Shown here one piece after another: positions 24,908 to 36,669 of a stretch of DNA of 64,000 nucleotides. Positions within the stretch are counted from its first letter, which is position 1; every line of letters begins with the position of its first letter. Origin of the DNA: Bilabrum cf. latius (taxonomy: Eukaryota); NCBI GenBank assembly GCA_965178125.1, contig OZ237736.1:868001-932000 (forward strand). The letters are read 5' to 3'. The translations under genes were made by a program, and so were the position numbers. Below the pieces are notes generated by a model. The model did no database searches. It was given only the letters and a program-made list of their open reading frames with translations, and was not told the DNA's origin.

Positions 24908-27654
24908 TCAACCAATACGGTACAGCTCTCGCCCCAGGCCAAAACTTGCCATGAAGTATACGCGACCGTCAAATTCTACTATGCCAGAGTTGCGACGGAT
25001 GACCGGAGGCGTATTTAGCTCGCTCGGGCCACCCGCGTAGCCGGTCACCCCGTCAGTGAGCGAGCGGCAGTTGTCCTGTAGGTCGCACGACCATACGTGT
25101 GACACATAGGCGCCATCCACGGCGTGAAAGTAGTACCGGTTCAGGTTGGGGATATAAATCGGTCGGCTAGGATTCGACATAGACTGCTAGGAGTTACCGG
25201 GCAGCGCATCAACCACCATGGCACAGTTGTTTGAGGTGTCGCAGCTCCACAACTCTTTGCCATAGGTTGAATTGTAGGCGCGGAAGTACAGCCTGTTGTT
25301 GAAAACCGTCATCCTCTCGGGTTGGCTGCTGCCGGTGCCCTCCTCAATATCAACAACCAGAGCACAGTTGTTGTGATTCTCATCACAATTCCACAGCTCG
25401 CGTCCGGTTGCAGGATCGTAAGGCGAAAAGTACAGCCTCCCGTCGAATATCGCCCACTCTGCAACTGAAGTGCCGGGAACCCCAGCCACGCGGTTGAACA
25501 CGGTGCATTCATCGTCCGTGGTGCACCTGTACATCTATTTGCTGTTGGTCGCCTCCATTGCAGACACGTACATCGTGTCGTTGTAGACTGTCAGAGCTGA
25601 TGGCCCGTCAGTCCAGCCCAGGTTCGAGTTACTGACAAGAGCGCAGGTGTTTGTCGCATCGCAGGAGTAAAGCTGTCGCTTATTCGCCCCGACCTCCGCA
25701 GTAAAGTACAATTTGTCGCCAAAGAGAACCAGATCCTGTGGGGTGGAGTCGGCGGCACCTGGGTCGAGATCGGTAACTGTACAAGTGTCACTGGAATCAC
25801 ACCTCCACAGCTCTACCCCTTCGTCGGGGCTATCCGCTTGGAACCACACATGGCTGTTAAACTCGGTGAAGTACTTGGCCTTTGTGGCAAATTGGGAAGA
25901 CGATACCGAGGGGGTAATGTCTTCAACGACGGTGCACATGCCCGCGGATGTGCACTTGTGCACTTCGCGGCCTACCGTTGCGTCCCTCGCAAGCACGTAT
26001 AGGTGCCCCAGCGCCGCTCCCATTCCCTGGGGCAGCCCGTCCCCGTCAGTCGCGGGGATGAAGTCCTTGAACAGACCAATCGTGGGCTCGGCGGATGACG
26101 AAGGGCTGGGGCTGGCGGTGATCGACGGTGTGGGTGAGTTGCTAGGGCTGCTGGACACGCTCGGTGTGGGTGAGTTGCTGGGGCTGCTGGACACGCTCGG
26201 TGTGGGTGAGTTGCTAGGGCTGCTGGACACGCTCGGTGTGGGTGAGTTGCTGGGGCTGCTGGACACGCTCGGTGTGGGTGAGTTGCTGGGGCTGCTGGAC
26301 ACGCTCGGTGTGGGTGAGTTGCTGGGGCTGCTGGACACGCTCGGTGTGGGTGAGTTGCTGGGGCTGCTGGACACGCTCGGTGTGGGTGAGTTGCTGGGGC
26401 TGCTGGACACGCTCGGTGTGGGTGAGTTGCTGGGGCTGCTGGACACGCTCGGCGTGGGGCTGACGCTGGCCGTGCTGGTGGTGCTGGGGGTGGGGCTGAC
26501 GCTGGCCGTGCTGGTGCTAGACGGCGTCTGCGGTGCTAAGTGGCATCTCGGGCGTGGTCAGGGGTCAGGGCTGTAAGGAGGACTGTGGGGCTTGATAGGG
26601 TCAGCGTGAACACATGCATCTGCTCACCGGCGACACCGTGGCCGTGCTGGTGGTGCTGGTGGTGGGACTGGCCGTGGCCGTGCTGGTGCTGGGCGGCGTC
26701 GAAGTAGGTGAGACTGCACTGCCTGAAGTAGGGCTCTGCGCACATTGAGGAGAAGGATAGTAGCGTGGCTAGGATGGAATGACTGCACCCCCCGGCCCCC
26801 CGTTCCCTTCCGAATGACTGGACACAAGGGCAATGTTATCATGGACCAAGGCAGCACCTCACCGGTGAAGCCGTGCCATCGGTAAGCGCCAGAATACGAC
26901 CCACTGTGACCGCCCCTGGCTCATAGGGGGTAACTGATGCACCCGCACCGGAAAGTTCCTGTGCAATGCTGGCGATAAGTGTGCCTCGTTCACCTGCCTC
27001 CTCGATTGCCCGCATCCCAGACTACGCATCGCCAACGTTTGCGAAGCCAACCGTCACCACAACGAGAGTCGCGTTGCCCTCGCCGGCGATTTGGACGATC
27101 GTGTCACTCGTAGTAGCGCTAGCAGTCCTTGCAACTATCTCAGTGATGTTTACAACGTCGCTGCACTGTATGAGGCTTGTATCACCTTCCAGTGCCAGTT
27201 CCAGTTCTAGCCGCGCAAAGGCAGCGTGCTCGCGGTTGAAGTCCCTAGCGAACTAAGCTGTCTGCGCACCAGTGTCAGACAGATGGGCAGGCACGGGGCA
27301 AATATTGCCCTGAATGCCGGCAGATTCTATGGAATCGGGCGATGTGGACGCGCTGTCGTCATTATTGGCAACGAGCACGGCGGCTGCCACCGCTCCCCCG
27401 ACAGCAATTGCGGCTACCAGGGCCACCATGCAGCAGCTTAAACGTCCCATGCCGCAGACAAACGTATTTTTGGTGGTATTTCCGCAGTCTTGCTCGTGCT
27501 ACTGAAGCTCTGCCTTGGATGTGAACGTCCTCCCGCACTTGTGCCTGCACCCGAGGCCTTCTTCTTTGGCCTGTTTCTGATGCGACCCGAGGTTTACCTT
27601 ACTTGGCATGGGGTTGACGCCAGCAAACGATGAATTGTCAGGCGCTGCCGCCAT
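24908..27654 (-). CDS. Type II surface protein: C2HC zinc finger, TM anchor, Ser/Thr/Pro mucin-like stalk, ELWxxD(GT)-like beta-propeller repeats
   Basis: Exons 27654-26863, 26735-26628, 26527-24908 (GT-AG, phase 0). CRHKCGRTFTSKAELQ*HEQDC, TM ALVAAIAVGGAVAAAVLVA, repeats GVELWRCD, GRELWNCD, GKELWSCD, GRELYRI. Ends TGA. Confidence 0.8.
26127..26450. repeat. Coding tandem repeat, 36 bp x 9, encoding SVSSSPSNSPTP on the minus strand
   Basis: Unit GGTGTGGGTGAGTTGCTGGGGCTGCTGGACACGCTC, near-perfect copies (one G/A variant). Confidence 0.97.
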
Positions 27655-27832
27655 ATTGAACGGATTGAAGTGGTTTCGTGACTCCCGGTGGGAAACATCT
27701 GCTTTACTCACAAAGTAACGCGCGGTTTCCAGAACGTTCGACGTTGACGAACCTCTGAGCAGAACACGCCCCGCGCCGTAGTAGGCCCCATACTACTAGT
27801 AAAAACGGACACTCGGGGCTACTGGGGCGGGC

Positions 27833-27849
27833 GGGGGGGGGGGGGGGGG
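27833..27849. repeat. Poly-G tract (17 G)
   Basis: Directly visible homopolymer in non-coding sequence of the inserted block. Confidence 0.9.
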
Positions 27850-28498
27850 TGAAGGGTTGGCAGCAGAACCAAGGTGGCTATGCAGGCGGACGCGGTCAAG
27901 AGGCGGTCGTGGCCACTCCAACGGCTACAGCGGCCCCCCGTCTATGACATGGTACGGTCATTGATACCCTAAGTGTGTCAAACCGGCTCCACAGAGCCCC
28001 GTCATTGCTTGGCTCACATCATTTCAGTGTCTCTAATGCGAGTACCCTGTCCATTCCTAAAACACCACCTCCACCCCACCCGTCTCCCACAACGGGAACG
28101 TATCCGCTGGCCTTCCGAGTCGTGCAACCACTTCTAAAGTACAACTTGTAAGAAAAATTCCTGCCCCCGGCCCCCCTGACCCACTGGGCTTCACCCCGAA
28201 CGACTGGTTCTCCACCAGCCCACCTGAATCTGATGCGGTATTGCTCTGACACCACGAATATACACGCCACTTTCCCAATGCACACGACTAGCCTCGTCGC
28301 TATGTGGCCTCCTGTTCCTGTTCCCCGCCCTAGGGGCCGTGTGCTTTGCTCCCTGCATCGCCACCTTGGCGCTACCCTCTCAGCTTGCACGTGCCGGTCC
28401 TGGCCGACCTGCCGTGCACCCCGTCTACCCACCCACCCGGCGGAGTGCTTTGCCAAACAGAACGCAACCTTCGATTCTGATATACAGGCTACCCATGC

Positions 28499-30060
28499 TC
28501 AACTTTGGCGGGGGTACCGGATGGCTTCTGGTCGTGCCCCTCGGGGCAGGAAGCCTGCCCACTCACGTCTGCCTCGCCCATATCCGGGGGCCTCGCCGCA
28601 CTCGCGGAACCACTCATCATCGTAGTCCTCGTACAAACTGGGGGCGACGGCGGGCTGGGGGGCGCCGGCCTTGGGAGCTGGCGCCGCTGCCGCTGCAGCC
28701 GAGGTACCACCACACGGAGCAGTGCGAGCTGTCGTCCGTGCCAACGCTCTTGTCGGTTGCAAACACCGAGTCCCTCCAGCCGTTCCTGGCACCCCCGCGC
28801 TCGGCGAATGGCAGGGGCGGGTAGAAGGGGTTCTCCTCGGTCACCACTAGGGGGGGCATTCTGTGCCCGGCGGCGTCGGTGGGAACTGGGGCCCCCGCCA
28901 GGTCCAGGACGGTGGGCATGATGTCGATGTTGGACACCATGGCCTCCTGATCCCGGGGCCCGCGACGGCGCCTGGATTGGGCAGCGTGTAGTCATGGGGC
29001 TCCTGCTTGGTGCAGGGCATGTTGAAGGCGCCCAGCAAGTATCCTTGGTCCGACTGGTAGATGACTGTGGCGGTAGTGCGAGGCAAGGGGATATTGGGAA
29101 ATGGGGTGGAGCGGTCGGTGTGGGATGCGTGGCGGGGGTGGGCGGTGACCTGAGGTGGGGCCGGGAGCGAAGTGGGCCTTGGTGGCGACGCCCACGCAGA
29201 ACCCGTGTACAAACAAGAGCCATCCACCAGGCTAGACCGCGCATGCGACAGGATCGACTCACTGTACGTCTCCTCCATGGCGCCGAGCTCCTGCAGCTTG
29301 CCGGATACGCCCTTGATCACGTGATCCCCAGGCACCAGGGACCGCAGCCGGTCCCGCATGTGCTGCCCGATGGCAGCCTGCCCGCCCCCGTCAATGTGCG
29401 GGTTGGTGTGCAGGTAGCTGTGGTGCAGGGGCCCGGTGTAGTTCCAGTTGGGGATGATGGGCTCGATCACGTCGTTGAAGTCGTCAGCCGAATCCACCGA
29501 CGGAGTTGCGGGGTAGATACAGGAGCCACGGCTGGCGGAGCTCTCCATGAGGGAGGTCCACGTCGTCGGCGGAGTTCTGCGCACCGACCACGCCTGGGCC
29601 CGGTCTTTACTCGCACATGTAGTCCAGGAAGGCTAACGAGTGGTTGCCGATCTTCCAGGTCTGGTAGGAGGCCAGGTCCTTTCAGTCGATCTTTGTCCGC
29701 TGGGGTAGCCCACCAGATAGGAGCTGCCGTAGTAGCAGTTGTATTCCACGGATAACTTGACCCACGTCATGCCGTCTCGGCGCTTCTGGCTGCGGATGGA
29801 TGCCGGCGGTGAATCGAGGGCGGGAAGGGGGCAAACCGGATGAGGAGAGGCGTGATACAGTGGTCATCAGAGTGGCAGGGCGGGGGCAAGTCCTCCCGCG
29901 GGCACACCCCGAGTGGTCTCACGCGAAGTACTTGGACTTATCGTTGGTGACCTTGACGAAGATGCCCGTGACGTAGTCCGCCTGCTCCATCAGCGAGAAC
30001 AGGCTGCGGCTCGCGTCAAACACGTTGGCCTCGGCGTTCACGTGCATGCACGTCCCTGTG
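28499..30060 (-). pseudogene. Degraded N-acetylglucosamine-6-sulfatase-like sulfatase, 5'-truncated
   Basis: Fragments DYVTGIFVKVTND, YQTWKIGNHSLAFL, QPWLLYL, RDRLRSL, VIYQSDQGYLLG..KQEP, GPGI, SNIDIMPTVLDLAG, WRDS lie in shifting frames not explained by introns. Altered conserved residues (GK>VK, SDHG>SDQG); no CxPxR motif found. Confidence 0.75.
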
Positions 30061-30167
30061 GGGGCAAGAGAGAGGAGGCGGGCATTGAGACTAGAAAAGG
30101 GTCGTGCAGGCGGGGAGGGATTGGGAACGAACGGGTGCGGCAAGTTGTAGGCTACAACGCAGGCGGG

Positions 30168-30270
30168 GCCCGAAACGCGCGGCGACGAAAAGGTTCCGCA
30201 TCAGCTGACTGGCCATCATCAGAGCCCATTCCAAGGAAGCATGCTCAGAGCAAGACGCGTTTTTTCCCGC
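30168..30270 (+). repeat. Copy B of the ~95-100 bp direct repeat (ETHE1 proximal upstream region plus first ~10 codons)
   Basis: Matches 24685-24778 and contains the ETHE1 ATG at 30241. Confidence 0.9.
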
Positions 30271-31630
30271 TTTGGAGCCGTGACAAGACTACAGCACACG
30301 TTGAAGGCCGGGAGGCTGGCGTCACGAAGCCTATCGACGGAACTTGGGAAGGGTGAGTCTCAAGATAGGCAACTGATTGACGATCGAATCTGCTGAGCCG
30401 GTCTGGGGTAAGCTTTATCGTGATTCGGGGACCTGAATTGTCTACTCTATATATTTGCAGTGTACTAGGCTGATGATGTAGATGCCGGCAATACCGTGGT
30501 AGTCGAGATGAACGGACCAGACGAGCGTAGCTGCACCAAAACGTATCTTATCGCCGACAAGTAGAGCAAATAGGCAATTATTTTGGATCCAGTCAAAGAA
30601 CAAATCAACAGGTACTTAGCTACGCTTGGATACTACGGCTGCAAGCTCGCGTTCTCCATTGACAGTGAGGCTGGAATGCATTCACATTCGAGATTTGGTT
30701 GCGATACCGGCCGCCATTGTCGGTACGACGCCGCTCTTTTACCAGAATACCGCAGCTCATACGCATGCTGATCACGTTACGGCCGCGACACAGCTGCGCC
30801 AGCTGACAGGAGCCAAGGTCGTAATGCACTCGAAAGCTCCGATGCCGTCAGCCGACTGCTACGTCCACGACGGCGACAAGGTCCAGGTGGGAGGCACGAG
30901 CCTTGAGATGCTGTACACGCCTGGGCACACGCCTGACCACCTTGCAATGTACGACGGAGAGCGAGTGTACACCGGTGACCTGCTCCTAATCGGGGGCACC
31001 GGGCGCACAGACTTCGCCGGCGGCGACGCGGGCCAGAGCTACGACTCGATTACCGAGAAGATCTTCACTCTTCCAGAGAACACTGTAGTGCTACCAGGGC
31101 ACGATTACCGAGGGAACACGGCCTCTACCGTGGCGGACGAAAAGAAGAGCAACCCGAGGCTGGCGGGCAAGTCGAGGGACGAGTACGTCCACATCATGAA
31201 CAACCTCGGCCTCCCCCTCCCCGAGCAGATCATGGAGGCCATACAGATCAACTCGGCTGCCTTCGACGACCAGGCCGAGGACATGCCAACGTACTCTCAG
31301 CTGGCCGCCGTCAAGCAGATGGACCCGTCGGGGCTGGCGGGCATCCTGAGCTCGCCATCGGAGCGGTCCAAGGTCGTGCTGCTGGACGTGAGGACTCCGG
31401 AAGAGTTCACGGGGGAGCTGGGACACATCGAGGGGGCCATGCTCATGCCCGTGACAGACGTAGCTGCGAGGGCATCGGAGCTAGAGCCAGTGAAGAACAA
31501 GACGATCGTCACGGTGTGCAGGTCTGGGGTCAGGTCAACGTCGGCAGCTGCCGTGCTTGCCGGGCTGGGCTTCCCTAACACGGCCAACCTCAAGGGTGGC
31601 ATGGTGGCTTGGAGAGAAGCCAACCTGTGA
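30241..31630 (+). CDS. ETHE1: Mitochondrial persulfide dioxygenase (ETHE1-like MBL fold) fused to a rhodanese domain
   Basis: Exons 30241-30352, 30461-30664, 30756-31630. Presequence MLRARRVFSRFGAVTRL; TYLIADK*SK*AIILDPV, DTHTHADH, TPGHT, GDLLLIGGTGRTDF, PGHDY, NPRL. Rhodanese DVRTPEEF..GHIEGA..CRSGVRS. Ends TGA. Confidence 0.92.
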
Positions 31631-31835
31631 GAGAACAACTGATTAAGTTCTCGGTCGGGAGTGAAATGTTGAAATGCCTTCATGGCAGTCTGTTCTGTCT
31701 TTGCTTGTGTTGCCGTGCGTTGGTTGTGTGTTCGCGGCCCGCAGAAGTTCGAGCATCCTATTGCACCCTGTAGCGACACCAAATTTTGCATCGACTGCAA
31801 TTCACTCATCATCAACGAGTCAACGGCTCGTTTCA

Positions 31836-33333
31836 TCACGATGACTCCTCCACCTTGGCCTTCTTGGCCGCGGGCTCCTCCCCAGAGACAGCGTCCCCTC
31901 CGCCGCGCTCGCCAGCGCCGGATGCCGCGCCCGAAGAAGACCCGGCCCCGCCAGAGGGACGGGGTGACTTCTGCTGCCCGCGGCCCCGCTTGCGGTTGTT
32001 CCTCTGCGCCTGCTGCCTGATGCGCTCCTTCTGCGCCACGAAGACCTTCTCCCAGTAGGCGTCCTCCTCCTCCCCCGCGAGCACCTCTGCCTCCGGGGCG
32101 GCCCCGCCGAAGCCGGCCAGCAGCTCCATCTGCACCTCAGAGAGGCCCTCACCCTCGCCCTCCTTCTTCTCCTCGCCATCCTTGGCCTCGTCTGCCTTGC
32201 CCTTGGCCTCCTTGAGCGTCTGGAGGGCCTTGAGAAGAGCCTGCGCATCGTCGGACGACGACAGCCGCATGAAGGCAGCCGTGGTGTCGTCCTCGGACAG
32301 CTCAGTGAAGCGAACCTTCACGACCCGGGACGCGGCCTGCTGCATGTCGGGCCACTGCACGTGGCTCGGGAGTCCCTTGATCCTGATGATGGAGCCGGGG
32401 ACCTTCTTCTGCTGGAAGTCCTTGAAGAGCTCGGCGTCCAGCTCGGCCTGCTCCTTGGCGATGCGAGACTCCCGGTCGCTCCTCTTCTTGGCAAAGTAGT
32501 CGCCCCGCATGAGCACATCGGTGATCTTGCTGTCGTCATCATAGGCGAGCGGCTCCTTCTCAGAGGCAGCCACGAAGGCCTTGGCGTCCTCCACGGAGCC
32601 GAACTCGGCAAACACGGAACCCTTGAACGACCGGGACTTGTCGCCGGTACGCCGCATAAGGACGCGCTCAGTCTTGCCATTGGAGACCTTCTCAAACCAA
32701 GCGAGCAGCTGGTCAAGCGTAGCCGTGGTAGGGAACCCCTTCTGCGCAGTGCGACTTGTGAGCGAGCCAACTATTCGTTGCTGTGTATGCGGTGCCAGCC
32801 CTCGACAAGTGGAGCGTGCTTCCAAAATTTAACTCACAAGGTATACCGTCCTTTCATTTGAATCATCGCGCGCCGGCAGCGGCTTGCTGCGGCGAAGGGC
32901 TTTCTGGTCTTCCGAGATCTGGACGGAGGTCGATTCCAGCATCGCTCTGGCAACCTCCGACTCATCCGTGGTCATAGCCTTCAGGCGGTTGAACCGCAAC
33001 AAAGTCGCAATCGGCACAACTGCGGTGGATTAGAGCGAAACTCAGGGATGTACAGCCTGTGGTACGAAACAGCCTCGGGAACACGCGCACCAGGTCTATC
33101 GACCAACTGCCCGTATCGCAAACGAGCAGGCCGCCAGTCTCACAGCCCTGGGGATCCTTAGCAGCTTCATCTCTGAGGAACCGATCGCGCCGGAAGTTGG
33201 CGTCGCTGAAGTAGAACTCGACCTGCTTCCGGATCGTGGCAGACTTTCCGGTGGCAGCGCCACTTGCGGGCGCGGGAGCCGCTGCGGCAGGAGCCGAGGC
33301 GCTAGCAGAAGACGAAGATGCGGATTCCGACAT
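31836..33333 (-). CDS. SSB: La protein (La motif + RRMs)
   Basis: IRKQVEFYFSDANFRRDRFL, VPIATLLRFNRLK, RTVYL/KGFP, FKGSVFAEF, second RRM with EEEDAYW. Introns 33020-33143 and 32742-32837. Ends TGA; no TAG. Confidence 0.93.
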
Positions 33334-33523
33334 GCTTGGGCCTACGTACAAATGTTGTGTGCTAAGATGGGCCTTCCCGTGCAGATCTTTTCTCGCTCCG
33401 GGCCTTGCGGAACCAACTCGAGATCATCATCACGCTCAGCCGCAGCTAATACTGAGCGTTTCCAACCCCAATAGAAATATGCGGACGCACATACTGTTTA
33501 AAATCGGTGGGGGTCGTGCCGCT

Positions 33524-35944
33524 ATGAATTATGAGCTATTGGCAGGGCGAGCGCTTGCTTCAATCAAAACCGGAGTATGTGTCCGCGGTTTACGACTGGA
33601 TGGGCACAGGAATAGCATTAGCACAACAGCGGTAGGATCTAAAAGGCGCTCTAAACGCCAGTAGCAAGCACCCGGGTCTGCGCCACTCGGAGATTTGGAC
33701 GCTCTTCGGCTTGCAGGCATAGTGCGGGGCCCGAGCGGCAGTGCGTGGGAAGTATGCGTCGGCCTGGAGGTTCACGTTCAAGTTCTTAGTGCATACAAGC
33801 TGTTTTCTGGTGGTCCAGCTGCTGGGAGGGCGGGTGTAGTCTCGAGACTACTGCAGGGCGTGAGTGAGGGGGCCAGGGCGGACCCCAGAGAAATAGATAC
33901 CCCATCGTGGTTTGTGTCAGACGATGGTGCGCTTCCCAATAGCCGAGTTGCAGCATTCGATGCTGCGTTGCCCGGGACTTTGCCCACACCCTCCGCTGAG
34001 TCAGTTGTGCAAGCGATCAGGTGCGCCCTGCTGCTGGGCAGTGAGGTGCAGCCAGTCAGCCGGTGGGAGCGCAAGCACTACTTCTACGCGGACCTGCCGC
34101 ACGGATATCAGATCACGCAGCAGGATGAGCCCATCGCTCGCGGTGGTAGCCTTCCCATCCACGTCCCGGTCCGGGACTTTGCCAGGGGCTCGAGGAGACG
34201 GCTCCGGAGGGGGCTGCAGCGAGCAGTGGGGATCGATAGGCTGCAGCTTGAGATGGACTCTGGCAAGGCACAGCACACCGCGCACCCGACAGAGTCGCTC
34301 TTTGACCTGGGACGCGCCGGTAGCGCCCTTATCGAGGTGGTGACCCGCCCCACCATGCGCTCGGCAGACGAGGCTGGGGCCTTCCTGCAGGCGCTGCAAG
34401 CCGAGGCGGTGAGGGCAGGCATCAGCGACGGAAGGATGGAGGCAGGCAGCCTCAGGTGCGATGTAAACGTGAGCGTGCGGCCCGCCAGGAAGCAGGCGCT
34501 CGGCAACTCGCTTTGGAATGACGCCGCGCTGCAACAGAGCCTGCCCTAGGAGCTGCAGGGACTGGTGCCCAACGAGCTGCCGTGGGGCAGACCTGTGGAC
34601 GCTGTTGCAGGCAATGATCTTGCATGCGACTCTGAAGCGGAAGCAGAGAACGAACTGCCGTGGGGCAACCGAGTCGAGATGAAGAACCTAGCGAGCGTGC
34701 GGGCCGTCATCCGCGCCGTCGAGCACGAGTCGGCGAGGCAGGCGGCCATGCTAGAGGAGGCCGCGGCTTCGGCTGGGCTTCCGCTTGAGATGGGCACAGG
34801 CGACCACGAGATTGGAAGCAGCAATCCCGACGAGGATAAGTCCTTCCTCATGAAAGTTGTGGAACAGGAAACCAGGGCCTTTGACGCTCTGAAAGGGACC
34901 TCGCGTCGGCTCAGGACGAAGGAGGACGCGCCCGACTACCGCTTCATGCCGTGCCCCGACCTGCAGCCTCTGGTTCTACCCCCTGAGCTTCCAGAGCTGC
35001 TCTTGCCCACCATGCCATACACGCTGCAGGAAACACGCGATATATTGCAGCGACCCAGGGGTGATGGGGGCCTGGGTGTGTCTGAGGAGGACGCCGCCAC
35101 GCTGGTGGGCGTCCCGGGTGCCATCGAGTTCTGCAGGGCGGCTGCAGAGCACGCTTGCAGCCTCAGAGGGACCGATAGCAGATCGATGGATGGCTCGGGA
35201 TCTGGCGCCGGGGCCAATGCACTGCAGGATGCACTCACAGATCGGGTGGTAAAGTGGGTGCTGAATGAATCGCTAGGCTCGTGGGAAGAGCTTGAAATTG
35301 ATGTGGCGGAGGGCATGTCTGACCGCCATGCCTACGGAGGGAGTTTGTCAGTTTCCAACAAATCGATGCTGCCACCTCTGCCGGCTTCAACCAGTCAGAT
35401 TGGCGAGCTGGCTTGGCTGGTGGAGAGCGGCTACTGCAGCGGCAAGGTTGCAAAGGACGTGCATGGTATCTGGGTGCGTGCCTGGTTGGACCTGCGGGCG
35501 CAATTGGGGTTGCACGAGGCTGGTGGCGAGCACATGAAATAGCTGCCAAAGCTGCTAGCTGCCCATCGACAGGCTGCAAGTTCTACAAGTGGCACCGATG
35601 CAAGCCACCCACCGAGTGACGAGGAGCTTTGGCTGCGACTGGGCGCGAAGGACGTCGTGGATGCAATCGGCGGCGCGCAGCTCTCGGATCCAGCGGCCAT
35701 CGAAGCCATCGTTCTCGAGTCGTTGGACGCCCTCGGTTCGAAAGGCGTTGAGACGGCTCGCAAGTATCTGGCCAGCGGTAACGAGCGGATGCTTGGTTTC
35801 TTCGTTGGAGCCGTTCTCAAGGCCTCCAAGGGGTCGGCCAACCCTGAGATGACCAGGGCTTCGATCAAGGCGGTGCTGCCCTCTTGGTTGGAGAGACAAG
35901 AAGGTGGAGCTGGCAAGGAGGGTTAGGAAGGTGGCAGGCAGTAA
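33524..35944 (+). CDS. GATB: Mitochondrial Glu-tRNA(Gln) amidotransferase subunit B
   Basis: VGLEVHVQ, KLFS, LPGTLP, RKHYFYADLPHGYQITQ, QLEMDSGK, LRCDVNVS, RVEMKNL, QETR, KEDAPDYRFMP, GFFVGAVLKASKG. One frame through TAGs; first non-TAG stop is TAA 35942-35944. Confidence 0.93.
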
Positions 35945-36445
35945 GATGGGGTGTGGAGCTGGCAAGGAGGGTTAGGAAGGTGGCAGGCAGTAAGATGGGG
36001 TGTGGAGCTGGCAAGGAGGGTTAGGAAGGTGGCAGGCAGTAAGATGGGGTGTGGAGCTGGCAAGGAGGGTTAGGAAGGTGGCAGGCAGTAAGATGGGGTG
36101 TGGAGCTGGCAAGGAGGGTTAGGAAGGTGGCAGGCAGTAAGATGGGGTGTGGAGCTGGCAAGGAGGGTTAGGAAGGTGGCAGGCAGTAAGATGGGGTGTG
36201 GAGCTGGCAAGGAGGGTTAGGAAGGTGGCAGGCAGTAAGATGGGGTGTGGAGCTGGCAAGGAGGGTTAGGAAGGTGGCAGGCAGTAAGATGGGGTGTGGA
36301 GCTGGCAAGGAGGGTTAGGAAGGTGGCAGGCAGTAAGATGGGGTGTGGAGCTGGCAAGGAGGGTTAGGAAGGTGGCAGGCAGTAAGATGGGGTGTGGAGC
36401 TGGCAAGGAGGGTTAGGAAGGTGGCAGGCAGTAAGATGGGGTGTG
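35904..36445. repeat. G-rich minisatellite, 49 bp x 11, overlapping the GatB 3' end
   Basis: Unit GTGGAGCTGGCAAGGAGGGTTAGGAAGGTGGCAGGCAGTAAGATGGGGT repeated essentially perfectly. Confidence 0.97.
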
Positions 36446-36669
36446 CACGGGGAAGTTCCGTTGGTATCGCGTGCGTGCGTGAATGAAAAGCAGAGTTCGC
36501 ATGCCTTGCAACAACCGAACGAGGGTATCAGCGAATCAGTTCCATTGGGGTCTATCGTCAGGATGCCGCCCACCGCCACGCAAGGGGCTCGAGTCAGCTT
36601 ACGTCGCACTTGCGACTGAAGTGCCTGCTGCCCTGCTGCCTGGCTTGAGGCGCACGGTCAAGTGAAATT

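Noticed and set aside
26127-26450. 36-bp repeats as a CRISPR array (also the 49-bp array at 35904-36445)
   Set aside because: Head-to-tail tandem units with no unique spacers and no cas genes; the 36-mer is protein-coding.
24817-27801. 9-bp direct repeat CTACTAGTA (24817-24825, 27793-27801) and a GTAGTA/TACTAC hairpin flanking the ELW gene, as a MULE TSD or Helitron ends
   Set aside because: No terminal inverted repeats or transposase, and the match is short enough to be chance; not supportable without genome-wide copies.
27860-28490. Short ORFs in the inserted block as a transposon remnant
   Set aside because: No recognisable transposase, RT or integrase motif.
35920-36420. GGGTTAGG as interstitial telomeric repeat
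   Set aside because: Only one partial TTAGG per 49-bp unit, derived from GatB coding sequence; no (TTAGGG)n array.
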